NCBI GenBank assembly: GCA_019456185.1
Contig: VRUH01000006.1
Span: 26,113 to 90,112 of the forward strand
Reading direction: 5' to 3'
Length of the DNA: 64,000 nt
From: Candidatus Glassbacteria bacterium
GTDB lineage: Bacteria; Gemmatimonadota; Glassbacteria; GWA2-58-10
The position numbers were made by a program, and so were the translations under genes. Positions 29,075 to 39,140 of the stretch are shown here, piece after piece; the first letter of the stretch is position 1, and each line of letters begins with the position of its first letter. The notes under the pieces are model-generated. The model was not told the origin of the DNA. It saw only the letters and a program-made list of their open reading frames with translations, and searched no databases.

Positions 29075-29434
29075 TCAGTTCGTCCTGTTGAATTTGCCGA
29101 TCAGCATTACCATCACGAAACTCAAGACTACAGCGGCGGAACCGGCCAGGACCGCAACCGCGCCACCGGTGATCGCCGCCAGCACATTCTGCTGCGCCGC
29201 CATCGCGACAACCACGGGTATATACATCGCGCTCCAGAAGCCGATCCCTCTGCCGGTTCTTGCCTTCAGATTCAGCTCATCCTTATATCGCTCCGAGAGG
29301 AGAATCAGCAGGATCATCGAGATACCCACTCCACCGACATTGGCCTTCACTCCGATCAGCGCGCCCAGTGCCTCGCCGACTATCAGGCCGACCAGCATGC
29401 ATCCTGATAAGATTGCTACCCCGTAAACTATCAA
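29075..29434 (-). CDS. madL: Malonate transporter subunit MadL
   Basis: MIVYGVAILSGC, ANVGGVG, FWSAMYIPVVVAMAAQQNV; TTG start with AAGGAG. Confidence 0.92.
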   Translation of the reverse strand: MIVYGVAILSGCMLVGLIVGEALGALIGVKANVGGVGISMILLILLSERYKDELNLKARTGRGIGFWSAMYIPVVVAMAAQQNVLAAITGGAVAVLAGSAAVVLSFVMVMLIGKFNRTN

Positions 29435-29839
29435 ATCCGCTCCTTCCGATGGTTCGACAGCTTGCTAATATACCGGTCCGCAACCGATATCACTATCACT
29501 TTTTATGCAGGCCCTCCGGGGATGAAAGTTTTCGCTCGGAATCGAAAAAGAAGGCCATCTTTTGCTGTTTCAATTTTAATATGGAGAATGTCGGTATTTA
29601 CTTGACTTTTCCCGTTGCGATTATCATTGTAAATATATCCGCAGATTATCGGTCAGGCTCCACTCGTTGATTTATCCCAGTTCAACCGCCCGGTTATTCC
29701 GGTTATTATAGTTAATGCCAGCCTCGTTTCTCTTAGCCCTGCCAGTCGCATAACGACTAATTTGGCTCAGGAGGTGCCATCCAGGATGCGGGCTTGTTGC
29801 TTCTGCTGTTCTGTTCTCAACACGATGGAGGAACCAACC

Positions 29840-30445
29840 ATGAGGCAAGCACTGGCGTTTTCTTTGATGATCTCGTTTTTAGTAATTCTGCTTGGCTGCC
29901 AGCGAGATTCCAATCCGCTAGGGGTATTATCTTCGGAAGGTCCGACTTTAGCCGGCAAGGGGGGAGGTCCTGTAAACTACGACAACCCTAAAAAAGATTT
30001 GGTTAAAAAAGCTTCGAATGGGATTTATTATTTAGTTTCAAAAGATGCTGCTTGGCAAGCATTGCCAAGAGGAGCTGGTGCATTTGGAATGGGTAAGTTT
30101 TCTATCGAAAATGGTACTTTGACTATGCGTTTAGTTGCACATAGACTAACGCCAGGCAACTATTATACGGTGGAGCTAGTAGATAAGACAGGTGGTGGGT
30201 GGAATCCTTTTAGTGATGATAGATATAGTCGATTCTATGGACAAGCAGACGAAGATGGTAATGTTAAGATAAATTTCTCATGGGACATAAGTGGACATAG
30301 CAACATAGAATTGAACCTGAAGAATGCTGATAACGTCGCACTATTAGACCCATCAACATACGGGGTTCCAAGCGAGTGGATTCTTGGCACTGGACAAGGT
30401 TGGGATTCTATATTATTCGGAGCAACCCAATTGCTACCTTCCTAA
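29840..30445 (+). CDS. AT-rich orphan lipoprotein (201 aa)
   Basis: GGAGG RBS, lipobox LLG-C; about 40% GC (hand count of three lines) versus about 60% in flanking genes. Confidence 0.7.
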   Translation: MRQALAFSLMISFLVILLGCQRDSNPLGVLSSEGPTLAGKGGGPVNYDNPKKDLVKKASNGIYYLVSKDAAWQALPRGAGAFGMGKFSIENGTLTMRLVAHRLTPGNYYTVELVDKTGGGWNPFSDDRYSRFYGQADEDGNVKINFSWDISGHSNIELNLKNADNVALLDPSTYGVPSEWILGTGQGWDSILFGATQLLPS

Positions 30446-30626
30446 TCCAACTAACCCTAGTGACAGTTATAGGACGGCCCGAATTGTAGGGATAAAGTTA
30501 CTCTTGCGATTCGGGCCTTTCTATTTCCCATTTTAAATTGGCGGTAATCCATGCTAAAACTGTACGTCTTCAGAACAAGTTGAACATTATGAGCTTATAT
30601 CTGCGGCAATACGAATCTAATGAGCT

Positions 30627-30653
30627 GCCCCGCAGCAGAGTTGCGAGAAAATT
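30627..30653. repeat. Short REP-like hairpin (CCCCG.AGCA.AG family)
   Basis: GCCCCGCAGC-AGA-GTTGCGAGAAAATT resembles the copies at 49143 and 49231. Confidence 0.35.
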
Positions 30654-30849
30654 TTTTCGATCAAACTTCGGTGAATAAACTGAAAAAGCACAAACCCGAT
30701 CAATCGTTCCTTTACCCAAGATTATGTCCCGAGTTAACCCGGAGTCCCTGATTCAAGATTCTCCTTCCTAAACATCCGCCGAACAGGCAATATTCCATCA
30801 TGGCCGCAGGACGAACGTCGTTTCAATTTTGCAAGCACCGGAGGATTCC

Positions 30850-33800
30850 ATGCGTGGAGATACGGTTTTTCTGCTGCTGCTCGTCAGCTTTCTCCTGAGC
30901 GCCGCACCCCTGCTGACGGCCGAGGACCCGGCTCGTTCTCCTGTCCGGAAAATTCCGGCCTCCGGCAATGACTTGACTGTCGATGGCTCGCTGGAGGACA
31001 GAATCTGGCGCTACGCCGCCGGGATCCAACTGGAACCGGCGGAAAACGGTGTCCCTGCGGAGTTAAACGGGACAATTAAAGTAATCTCCCGCGGCGGCCG
31101 CCTCTGCCTGTCGGCTTTCCTCCCGGAGCCCGCCGGCAGGGTGCTGGCCAGGTCCATCGGTTATAACCCGGTTTGGGAACAAGACGCAGTCACGTCTCCG
31201 TTGGTAGAGGATATCCTGATTATAAAGCTTGCCACCGGGAGCGGTGAAAACGACCTGTCTGAACTGAAAATCGAGATTAATCCTCTGGGGGCCTGCCGCC
31301 TGGAGCGAAACGGCAGTCCCGTACCGGCTTCAGAGATACTCTCAGCGGCCGCGATTACAGACAGCGGCTGGAGCGTGGAATGCGCGATACCCTACGGCGA
31401 GCTCTATCAGGGAGACCGCTCCGGGGAAATCGAACTGGCTGTAACCCGGTTTCGCTCGAGGCGGCCCCTCGATCCCGCGTTCAGGTGGATTTCCTCTCCC
31501 GGCAACCGTCCAACCCGCTTAAAGCTTAATGACCATACCGGCGCTGAGAAAATCGACCCGCCAAAGCCGGCTCCCCCGGCAATGGGCAATACCGGCCCCG
31601 CTCTTCGCGTGGGCCGTGTCCAGGCAGTCCCCTCACTGGCTATTGATCCCGACGACCCGTTCTGGAACCGAATAAACGCCTTCCATCTGATGCGGAACGA
31701 ACCCAACCCGCGTCAGCCCCGCTTCCCAACCGAAATCAAATGGGTGCACGACGGGAAGCGCCTGGCGATACTTTTTGCCTGTTCGGAAGACGCGCGGGTG
31801 GACTGTGACAACGGGACGCGGGACAGTAATATCGCCGGCGACGACCATGTGTGCATTTACCTCGCGACTACAGGGTCCTCTTTTATCGAAATTCAAATCA
31901 ACCCGGTCGGGACGGTAAGGGACGCCAAAGGGCAGGGCCCGCATATGTTCAGGACAAGCTCTGGCGCATGGACCGGGGAGGTGGAAACAAACTACCTGAT
32001 CAACAACGACGCCTGGTACCTGAGGGTGAACCTGCCGTTGGACCAGATTGCCGGGGAACTGGGCGAGACAGCTGTCCCGGAACAGTGGAGAGTGCTGCTG
32101 GGCAGGACCAGGAGGTCCAGAATAGGTGAAAACGAAGAGATAAGCACGAATCCGGTGATCGGCAATCCCTACCTGCTGGCTCCGGCAAGGTTCCGCGGGC
32201 TCGTGCTGAGCGGCCAAAACCCGGTGGATCTCATTCCCGATCAAAAAGACTCCCTCGGTTCCGGGCAAAACGGCATTGCCTCACAACTGGAAGCAACCGA
32301 TTCGCACGTTTTTTCGAGAGTGGAAAGGAAATATCTCGAGATTACCGATATGCTCGACCGTTACCTCGAAGACAGGATAAAAACCATAGCCATCCAGGAG
32401 CACCGGCAGTGGGAGCAGGTCAAAACACTTCAGGATTGGGAGAAATTCCGGGATCTCAGGGTCGAGAAATTGAGAAAAACACTCGGTCCTTTGCCTGGGG
32501 ACAAATGTCCCCTGTTGTACCAGGAATCCGGTTCACTCGAAGGCGAGGGTTATCAGGTAAAAAATGTTTCCTTTCAGAGCAGACCGGGATTCTTTGTCGC
32601 GGCCAACCTCTACCTGCCCGCTGAGCCGAAAGACGACATGCCCGGAATAGTCATTATCCCGAGCCATCACTATCCCAAGATTCAGGGCGAGTTGAAAGAC
32701 AGCGGAATAGTCTGGGCCAGGTCCGGCTGCGCGGTGCTTGTCCTGGAAAGTCTCGGCTATGGTGAACGCGTGGAGGCCACACCCTGGTACCGTCAACCCT
32801 ACCACTCGGAAAGCCAGCTTGAATTTCAACTCAACCTTATCGGCCAAAACAGGCTTGCCTGGATCGCCTGGGACGTGAGCAGGGCGGTCGATCTGTTTTT
32901 CGAGCTCGGCAATGTCGATCCCGACAAGCTGATCCTTATCGGCTCGGTAACCTGGGGCGGAGGGCGTCCGGCGGCGCTGGCCGGCCTGCTGGACGAACGA
33001 TTCGATGCGGTGGTCCCGTTCAACTGGGGCAGGGTTTACTGGGAAAGCTATGGTATCCTCCGCAGTGCGGTCGACCACCTCACTCCCTGGCTTACCTGTG
33101 CCGCCATCGCTCCCAGAAAGTTCGTCTACGCCCACGAATTTTCCTGGGAGGGCGAGGAAGGGCACGCCCTCCCGTCGATCTCGGTTCCAGCCTGGCCGAG
33201 GTATGAGAAAGTGTATGGCCTCTACGATGCACGGGGCAATCTCAGCTCGGCGCAGGGAAAAGGACTGTTGCGGGTGAAGCAAACCATGGGCGACTGCTAC
33301 AGCCTGGGATCGGTGCAGCGCAGGCCGCTGTACCGGATATTCAACGAATGGTTCGATATCCCGATGCCGTCAGATGAAGATCTCAACATCGAGCTCGACT
33401 CGTGGCTCACATTCGACGGCGCCAGAAAAGGCCTGGACGTTGTCAAGTTGAAGGAATCCCTGAGGAGAATGCCCGATACATTACTGCTTAGCATCACACC
33501 CCAGGTCGACGCGCGGCTCGACAGGAGAGCCCTGCACGAACTGGCGCGGGATTTCGCCGGCAGGCAGCTGAGAGCCGCCAGGAATAACTTGGCGCAAAGT
33601 AATTCAAATGATCTCAAGCTGAAACTGGCTGGGAGGATGGAAAGAGTTCTCGGCGATACCGGTCCGCCCTCCGTAGCGGATGCTCAAACACTGTGGAAAA
33701 AGTCGCTGGACGGCGCAGTAGTGGAAGCGCTCGAGCTTGAGCCGGAACCGGGGATTATGGTTCCTCTGCTGATAATCAAACCCGCGCAGGCTGCAAAAAG

Positions 33801-34560
33801 TCCACTGCCGCTGGTTGTTGGCCTGGCCGAGGGCGGCAAAGACCGGTTCCTCAAGCAGAGGAGCGGTGAAATCGAGAATTTATTGTCTCACGGGATCGCA
33901 GTATGCCTGCCTGATGTGCGGGGGACCGGCGAGACCGCTCCATCGCAGTACAACAGGAACCCGTACCTGTCGGACAGGGTAATGGACCTGGGAGAAACTC
34001 TTCTCGGGCAGCGGCTCAGGGACGTCCGCGCAGTGTTGGCCTTCCTGCGCCAGCGAGAGGACCTCGACAGCCGGAAAGTTGCGCTCTGGGGAGAGTCTTT
34101 CGCCCCGGTCAACGAAGACAATCTCTGGATCGACGAACTGTCCAGCTGGCCGATCGCGCCCAGGATTCAGCATTTTTCCAGTCCGCTGGGGGCGCATCTC
34201 GCCTTATTCACGGCTCTCCAGGAGGACGGTATCATGGCCGTGGCGGCGCGAGGAGCGATTGTGAGCTATCTGTCTCTGCTGGAAAGCAACATAACCTACA
34301 CGCCGTTCGATATGGTGATTCCAAATGTATTCGAGGCGGGAGATATTAGCGACATATGCGCAAGCCTGGCTCCGATTCCCTTGCTGCTCGAAGGTGTTGT
34401 CGACGGCAGGAACCGGGCGGTGGGACCCGCCAGGCTGAAAGAAAAGATGAGAGACGTGTTAAATACTTACGGTGAAGCGGGAAAAACGGAGAACCTGCTG
34501 ATCCGGACCAGGACCGGATCAGCAGAGCTCGTAAACTGGCTCGTAGCTCAACTCCGTTGA
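30850..34560 (+). CDS. Large secreted protein: two CBM9/DOMON-like domains plus duplicated acetylxylan-esterase-like alpha/beta-hydrolase domains
   Basis: Signal peptide; LTVDGSLEDRIW and FIEIQINPVG (CBM9-like); VSFQSRPGFFVAANLYLP, WDVSRAVD, LELEPEPGIMVPLLII, LPDVRGTGE and GQRLRDVRAVLAFL. Confidence 0.7.
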   Translation: MRGDTVFLLLLVSFLLSAAPLLTAEDPARSPVRKIPASGNDLTVDGSLEDRIWRYAAGIQLEPAENGVPAELNGTIKVISRGGRLCLSAFLPEPAGRVLARSIGYNPVWEQDAVTSPLVEDILIIKLATGSGENDLSELKIEINPLGACRLERNGSPVPASEILSAAAITDSGWSVECAIPYGELYQGDRSGEIELAVTRFRSRRPLDPAFRWISSPGNRPTRLKLNDHTGAEKIDPPKPAPPAMGNTGPALRVGRVQAVPSLAIDPDDPFWNRINAFHLMRNEPNPRQPRFPTEIKWVHDGKRLAILFACSEDARVDCDNGTRDSNIAGDDHVCIYLATTGSSFIEIQINPVGTVRDAKGQGPHMFRTSSGAWTGEVETNYLINNDAWYLRVNLPLDQIAGELGETAVPEQWRVLLGRTRRSRIGENEEISTNPVIGNPYLLAPARFRGLVLSGQNPVDLIPDQKDSLGSGQNGIASQLEATDSHVFSRVERKYLEITDMLDRYLEDRIKTIAIQEHRQWEQVKTLQDWEKFRDLRVEKLRKTLGPLPGDKCPLLYQESGSLEGEGYQVKNVSFQSRPGFFVAANLYLPAEPKDDMPGIVIIPSHHYPKIQGELKDSGIVWARSGCAVLVLESLGYGERVEATPWYRQPYHSESQLEFQLNLIGQNRLAWIAWDVSRAVDLFFELGNVDPDKLILIGSVTWGGGRPAALAGLLDERFDAVVPFNWGRVYWESYGILRSAVDHLTPWLTCAAIAPRKFVYAHEFSWEGEEGHALPSISVPAWPRYEKVYGLYDARGNLSSAQGKGLLRVKQTMGDCYSLGSVQRRPLYRIFNEWFDIPMPSDEDLNIELDSWLTFDGARKGLDVVKLKESLRRMPDTLLLSITPQVDARLDRRALHELARDFAGRQLRAARNNLAQSNSNDLKLKLAGRMERVLGDTGPPSVADAQTLWKKSLDGAVVEALELEPEPGIMVPLLIIKPAQAAKSPLPLVVGLAEGGKDRFLKQRSGEIENLLSHGIAVCLPDVRGTGETAPSQYNRNPYLSDRVMDLGETLLGQRLRDVRAVLAFLRQREDLDSRKVALWGESFAPVNEDNLWIDELSSWPIAPRIQHFSSPLGAHLALFTALQEDGIMAVAARGAIVSYLSLLESNITYTPFDMVIPNVFEAGDISDICASLAPIPLLLEGVVDGRNRAVGPARLKEKMRDVLNTYGEAGKTENLLIRTRTGSAELVNWLVAQLR

Positions 34561-34613
34561 GATTGAGTTACACGCTGAACGGTTTTCAGCGCGATGCAAA
34601 TCCTTATCCTCGC

Positions 34614-35501
34614 TCAGCAGACCTCGGCTATCGCGGCCAGGCACTGCTTGAGTGGTTGGACCGGTGCGGATGGCTCGCTTTCGTATTCCAGCGAAAAAGG
34701 CCCGTCGAAACCGATTTCCACCAGCCTGTTCATCATCCCGGGCAGGTCGAGCATCCCCTGGCCCACAACCCGGTCCGACCAGCCGTACTCATTGCTGTCG
34801 TCGGGCACCATGTCTTTGAGATGGACCATTCGCACGCGCTCGCCGAACTCCTCGACAACCGCCACCGGATTGACACCCGAGCGGCCGTAATGCCCGCTGT
34901 CGACACAGAGGCCGACCATGGGCGACAGGTCTTTTATCCGCTCGCGGAACATCTCCGGGGTGGCGTATAGTTCGTCTTCCGGGCCGTGGTTGTGGATTCC
35001 CACCGGGATGCCGTACTCGCCGGCCAACCTGTCGACCAGCGGCAGGGCGTCGTAGACCGGGTAGACGCTGATGGCGATAACCCCCAGCGTTCTGCCGAAC
35101 TCGAATGCCTTTCTGGCCTGCGCCTCGTCGTTGGCCACCCGCTCCACCCCGAACGCATCGATTGTAATTCCGGCATCATCCAGTTTCGCCATCGTCTCCC
35201 GGACCACTCCCGCGTCCGAGTCAAGGGGCAGATGGACGCTCGGGGCCAGTTCGATGTGGCCGAGGTCCAGTTCTTTCATCCCGGCTATCATCCGGTCCAG
35301 GTCCCACTCCCGGAAACACCAGCTCTGCACACCCATCCTGAACCCGCAGTAAGCCTGCGATGCAGAATGTCCGGCCGGCACGGCGCTGCTCCCGGCGGGA
35401 GCCTTAGCGCCGCCGCAGGCCGCCAGCGCCGCGGCTCCCAGTATCCCGCCACCCAGACCGATAAAACCTCGCCTGGAAATTATTCGTCCGGACTCATTCA
35501 T
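34614..35501 (-). CDS. Tat-exported sugar phosphate isomerase/epimerase (xylose-isomerase-like TIM barrel)
   Basis: SRRGFIG Tat signal; IHNHG, CVDSGH, VHLKD and SLEYE motifs. Confidence 0.9.
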   Translation of the reverse strand: MNESGRIISRRGFIGLGGGILGAAALAACGGAKAPAGSSAVPAGHSASQAYCGFRMGVQSWCFREWDLDRMIAGMKELDLGHIELAPSVHLPLDSDAGVVRETMAKLDDAGITIDAFGVERVANDEAQARKAFEFGRTLGVIAISVYPVYDALPLVDRLAGEYGIPVGIHNHGPEDELYATPEMFRERIKDLSPMVGLCVDSGHYGRSGVNPVAVVEEFGERVRMVHLKDMVPDDSNEYGWSDRVVGQGMLDLPGMMNRLVEIGFDGPFSLEYESEPSAPVQPLKQCLAAIAEVC

Positions 35502-35566
35502 TGCGGCTCCCACGTAATAAGATGGTTAACATTTTTTCCTGATCAGTACTTACCACGCCTGTTGAA

Positions 35567-36880
35567 TTACCTCAGTTCCCTGACATACACGTTGCAGAAC
35601 TGCAGATGGTCGCCGTGGTGCTGCAGGGCGACCGGTCCGCGCGCAGGCATTCCGGGCAGTTCCGCGGCCCGGATAACGTGCTTTCCGTTAAGCTCCACGT
35701 TCAGCACGCTGCCCGCCACCGTTATCTCGAACCTGTTCCACTCTCCGACAGGGTTATCCGCGTTCATAACCGGGGTCACCGCCCGTCTCACTTCCGGGGG
35801 CATGCTCAGGTCGGTGCGGTAACCGTATACCTCGCCGGAACCGACCGGCAGGTTCCAGATATTGACCTGGCTTTTGGAGCTGCCGCGCAGGTAAATTCCG
35901 CTGTCACCTGCATTCATCACCGAGGCGGTCAGCGAGTCCCCGTTCTCCTCGAGCGCCACGCTGCCGTCGGGCAGGATGATGAACCAGTCCTTGAGGGACG
36001 GCTCACCGGCCAGTCGCCAGTCGACGATCATCGCGAAATCTTCGAACTCCCCTTCACTCCACAGGTTTTTCTCCTCGCGCTCAGCCTCGCTCTGGCCGTC
36101 ATAGTTTATCACGTTATCCTCGACCGTCCAATGCCCCTCGTGGCCCGCCACCCATTTCCAGCCGCGGAAGTCCAGCCCGTTGTACAGGCTGCTATATCCC
36201 CGGTCTTCCTGCGCCACCACCTCGGGCGGGAGCGGCGAGGACGGCAGTTCGGCGATCCGGATATTCCTGAAATGCACCTCGCTGCCCTCGCTCTCCAGGC
36301 AGATATACCCTTTGCGCGGGTTGCAGTTGAAAGCCCTTGTAACCAGGTCGCCGTTGACATGCAATTCCACCATGCCGTCCTTGCTCACTACCCGGTAGCG
36401 GTTCCACTCTCCGGTGGGGTTCATCCGGTCCCGGCTGGGCAATGCGCGCATCCAGCCCCGGGGGTGACGGTTTTCCGGGATAAGCGAAGCGCCCTTGATC
36501 GCGAACACATCGCCGGCATTGCCGTCCATGATCTGCACCTCTATCGAACGCGAGAAGGGCGAACCGACCGCCGGCAGGTCATCGGAGTGGATGAACAGCC
36601 CGGCATTGCCGCCGGCTTTGGTGTGACGCCACTCGAGTTCGAGTACGTAGTTTTCGTACATCTTTTCCGTACGCAGGATACCCATGGGCAGGCCGGTGCA
36701 GACAATCATCCCGTCGCCGACGGTCCAGGTCTCCGGAGCGCAGTTGACATTTACCCAGCCCCGCAGGCTGCCGCCGTCGAAGAGCGGCGTGAACTTCTCC
36801 GGCGCGCTCCGTGATGAACCGCAGGTAAGCACAAGGTACGAACCGAAAGCGAGCAGCAGCAGAGCGGTTAAACGTTTCAT
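35567..36880 (-). CDS. Lipoprotein with tandem DUF1080 (3-keto-disaccharide hydrolase) domains
   Basis: LFDGGSLRGW / LYNGLDFRGW, GNAGLF / GDSGIYLR, GEWNRY / GEWNRF, LESEG / LQHHG and FRNI / FCNV motifs. Confidence 0.9.
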   Translation of the reverse strand: MKRLTALLLLAFGSYLVLTCGSSRSAPEKFTPLFDGGSLRGWVNVNCAPETWTVGDGMIVCTGLPMGILRTEKMYENYVLELEWRHTKAGGNAGLFIHSDDLPAVGSPFSRSIEVQIMDGNAGDVFAIKGASLIPENRHPRGWMRALPSRDRMNPTGEWNRYRVVSKDGMVELHVNGDLVTRAFNCNPRKGYICLESEGSEVHFRNIRIAELPSSPLPPEVVAQEDRGYSSLYNGLDFRGWKWVAGHEGHWTVEDNVINYDGQSEAEREEKNLWSEGEFEDFAMIVDWRLAGEPSLKDWFIILPDGSVALEENGDSLTASVMNAGDSGIYLRGSSKSQVNIWNLPVGSGEVYGYRTDLSMPPEVRRAVTPVMNADNPVGEWNRFEITVAGSVLNVELNGKHVIRAAELPGMPARGPVALQHHGDHLQFCNVYVRELR

Positions 36881-36979
36881 GGTTTGAATCCTCCAGCCGT
36901 AAGGGTATGAATGGATTGCGCTAGATGGACCGGGTTAAAAGCCGATGCCCGGAAGGAATAACAATGAAGCCCGTTCATG

Positions 36980-37840
36980 TCACTTCACAAGCAGGCATTC
37001 CCCCTGCTCCAGAATGTGGTAACGCTCCTGGAGCGTGCGCGAAAGGTGCGTCCTCACTTCGACGGGGTATCCGTTCGCCCAGTAACGGTTCTCCGGCGTC
37101 TGCCGGTAGGTGTCGCGGTGCTGCGGCAGGATGTAATCCGGTTCCAGTTCGTTGATCAGGATAACCGACTGGCGAATGTGCATGTTGTGTTCGGTGGGCG
37201 AGAAAAAGAGGACGTCCACATTTTCCAATTCCAGGTGATCCTGCAGCAGGATGGAATCGCCGGGCTGCAGGAAAGTTTTCCCGCCGATCGTGATCAGGTA
37301 TCCGCAGTCCTCAAAATTAGCTTTACTGTGAAGCGAAAATTGCTTGTGTCCGTGGAGCGCCCGTATCGGCAGCACGCGGACACCCTGGATTTCGAATGGT
37401 TCTCCCGGTACAGCCACCCGGATGCGGTCTTCGGGTATTCCGAGTTCCCGTGCCTTGGCCACGCAGTTTTGCGGAACGACAAACATGCAGTCCGAGCTCC
37501 GGGCCAGTTCCCGCGACACTTTATTGTTGAAATGATCACCATGCTCGTGAGTGACGAATGAGATGTCCAGTTCCCCCGCCAGTTCCGCGGTAGTGACGGG
37601 TGAGCGCTGGATACGGTCCGCCGCTTCGAGAACCAGGTCCGTCCCGAGCAGAACCCCTCCCGCCTTGATCAGCCAGCCGTTATGACCGGTCCACCAGACA
37701 GCCACGCCGTCTTCGTGAGCACGGATTTCGGCGAGGATCTGCCTGGAGGGAAGAAGGTCTGCCGGCATCCCCTGCGCGAATACCCAAATGGGTAAGCCCA
37801 CTGATAAGAGTACCGCATAAAAACGTCCGGCAGCAGTCAT
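36980..37840 (-). CDS. Secreted MBL-fold metallo-hydrolase
   Basis: WWTGHNGW, VTHEHGDH, PGDS and PQH motifs; start inferred at MTAAG (37840). Confidence 0.85.
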   Translation of the reverse strand: MTAAGRFYAVLLSVGLPIWVFAQGMPADLLPSRQILAEIRAHEDGVAVWWTGHNGWLIKAGGVLLGTDLVLEAADRIQRSPVTTAELAGELDISFVTHEHGDHFNNKVSRELARSSDCMFVVPQNCVAKARELGIPEDRIRVAVPGEPFEIQGVRVLPIRALHGHKQFSLHSKANFEDCGYLITIGGKTFLQPGDSILLQDHLELENVDVLFFSPTEHNMHIRQSVILINELEPDYILPQHRDTYRQTPENRYWANGYPVEVRTHLSRTLQERYHILEQGECLLVK

Positions 37841-38184
37841 TAGTACTCTCCATTCAAAATGGATGCTGCATTCGGTGATGTCCGGACTAGTCCAGAAAAT
37901 CAGGAATTGAGCTGGCGGTCCGGTTAATTTTTCAGCGGCTGTGAGTCTGAACGCAGACTTCGTAACGGCCCTTTGCAACCAGCCCCTGAACGGTACAACC
38001 AAAAAGATGAGAACTCAAGTGGCCTGTGCCGATAACGGGATCAGTCAAAAAAGGAGGGCGGGAGATTTATCAGGTATTTTAGTACGAATTATAATTAGTG
38101 GAAGCTTCAGCGGAAATGCCCAAAACCGACGTATCGCTAAACTCCATTCAGCAATATTATCAGCTCTGGAGTCAATCAACCATT

Positions 38185-39114
38185 TCAGTGGAGCAGATTG
38201 AAAGCCAAACCGGCCAGAAAGGCGCCGGCCATCGTATAGGCTAAGTAGACCGCGACAGTTCTGCTGCCGAATCCTTCACGGAAGGCATAAAGGGCGGATA
38301 TTTTGGTTGCCGGTCCGGAGATGAAAAAGGCCAGCACGGCACCGCTGCTGAGCCCGAGTTCATTGAGCGCTTCCATGATCGGAATTGACGCTCCGCCGCA
38401 CTGGTAGAACGGCACGCCCAGCGCAATGGCGATCAGGATAGCGGAATAGCCGGAGTCGGAGAACAGGGACCGGACAAGCTCGGGAGGGACCAGGGCTTTT
38501 ATCGCGGCGCCGAGCAGCAGGCTCACGCTGAAAATTTTCAGGATGAACCAGCTCTGCCGTCGCAGGGAGAGCGCGAATGGTTTTCCGAAACTTCGCGGAG
38601 CGCTGTCTGTCAGACTGTCCACAGTCCTAAGAGGGAAACGTCCCTCGATTTTTCTGTAAATCAAGCCGGCACCGGCGCCAAGACAAAAAGCCGACAACGC
38701 GCGCCCGCAAGCCATCGCCGGACCGAAAGCGCCGTAGGTAAGCAAAAACAGGTTGGGGTCGATCAAAGGACAGGCAACCAGGAATGAGATGACCGGCGAG
38801 GCGGGAATCCCGGTCGAGAGCAGAACCGCCGAAAACGGGACGGCGAGGTAAACCGGCAGCGGCGCGGCCATACCGGCCAGAGTTGCGACAGCGATTGCAG
38901 CGGTCGTCCCGGCGCGGAGGATAGCAATTTTCGGCAGGCGGAAAATGAGCCGCTGCAGCAGAGCGATTACGACAATCCCCGCGCAAAGATAAGGGAGCAG
39001 CTCAAGCGCCAGTTCCCAGAAATTCTCCAGGATACGGTAAGTATAGGTTCTGAAAAAAACCGTATTGAATCGATCTAGCAGGTTCAATCGGCATTCCCCG
39101 CAGGCAGACAACAT
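38185..39114 (-). CDS. Permease, DUF318/ArsP-like family
   Basis: SFLVACPLIDP, GVPFYQCGGASIP and AFFISGPATKI motifs; multiple TM helices. Confidence 0.8.
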   Translation of the reverse strand: MLSACGECRLNLLDRFNTVFFRTYTYRILENFWELALELLPYLCAGIVVIALLQRLIFRLPKIAILRAGTTAAIAVATLAGMAAPLPVYLAVPFSAVLLSTGIPASPVISFLVACPLIDPNLFLLTYGAFGPAMACGRALSAFCLGAGAGLIYRKIEGRFPLRTVDSLTDSAPRSFGKPFALSLRRQSWFILKIFSVSLLLGAAIKALVPPELVRSLFSDSGYSAILIAIALGVPFYQCGGASIPIMEALNELGLSSGAVLAFFISGPATKISALYAFREGFGSRTVAVYLAYTMAGAFLAGLAFNLLH

Positions 39115-39140
39115 GGACGCGCCTGCTCCGCAGCCTTGTT

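Noticed and set aside
34550-34616. Possible C-terminal Cys-Sec read-through at the TGA of the TIM-barrel gene (…AEVC*)
   Set aside because: The family's normal C-terminus is complete, I see no convincing G-loop hairpin at +20-25, and the extension would run into the convergent gene.
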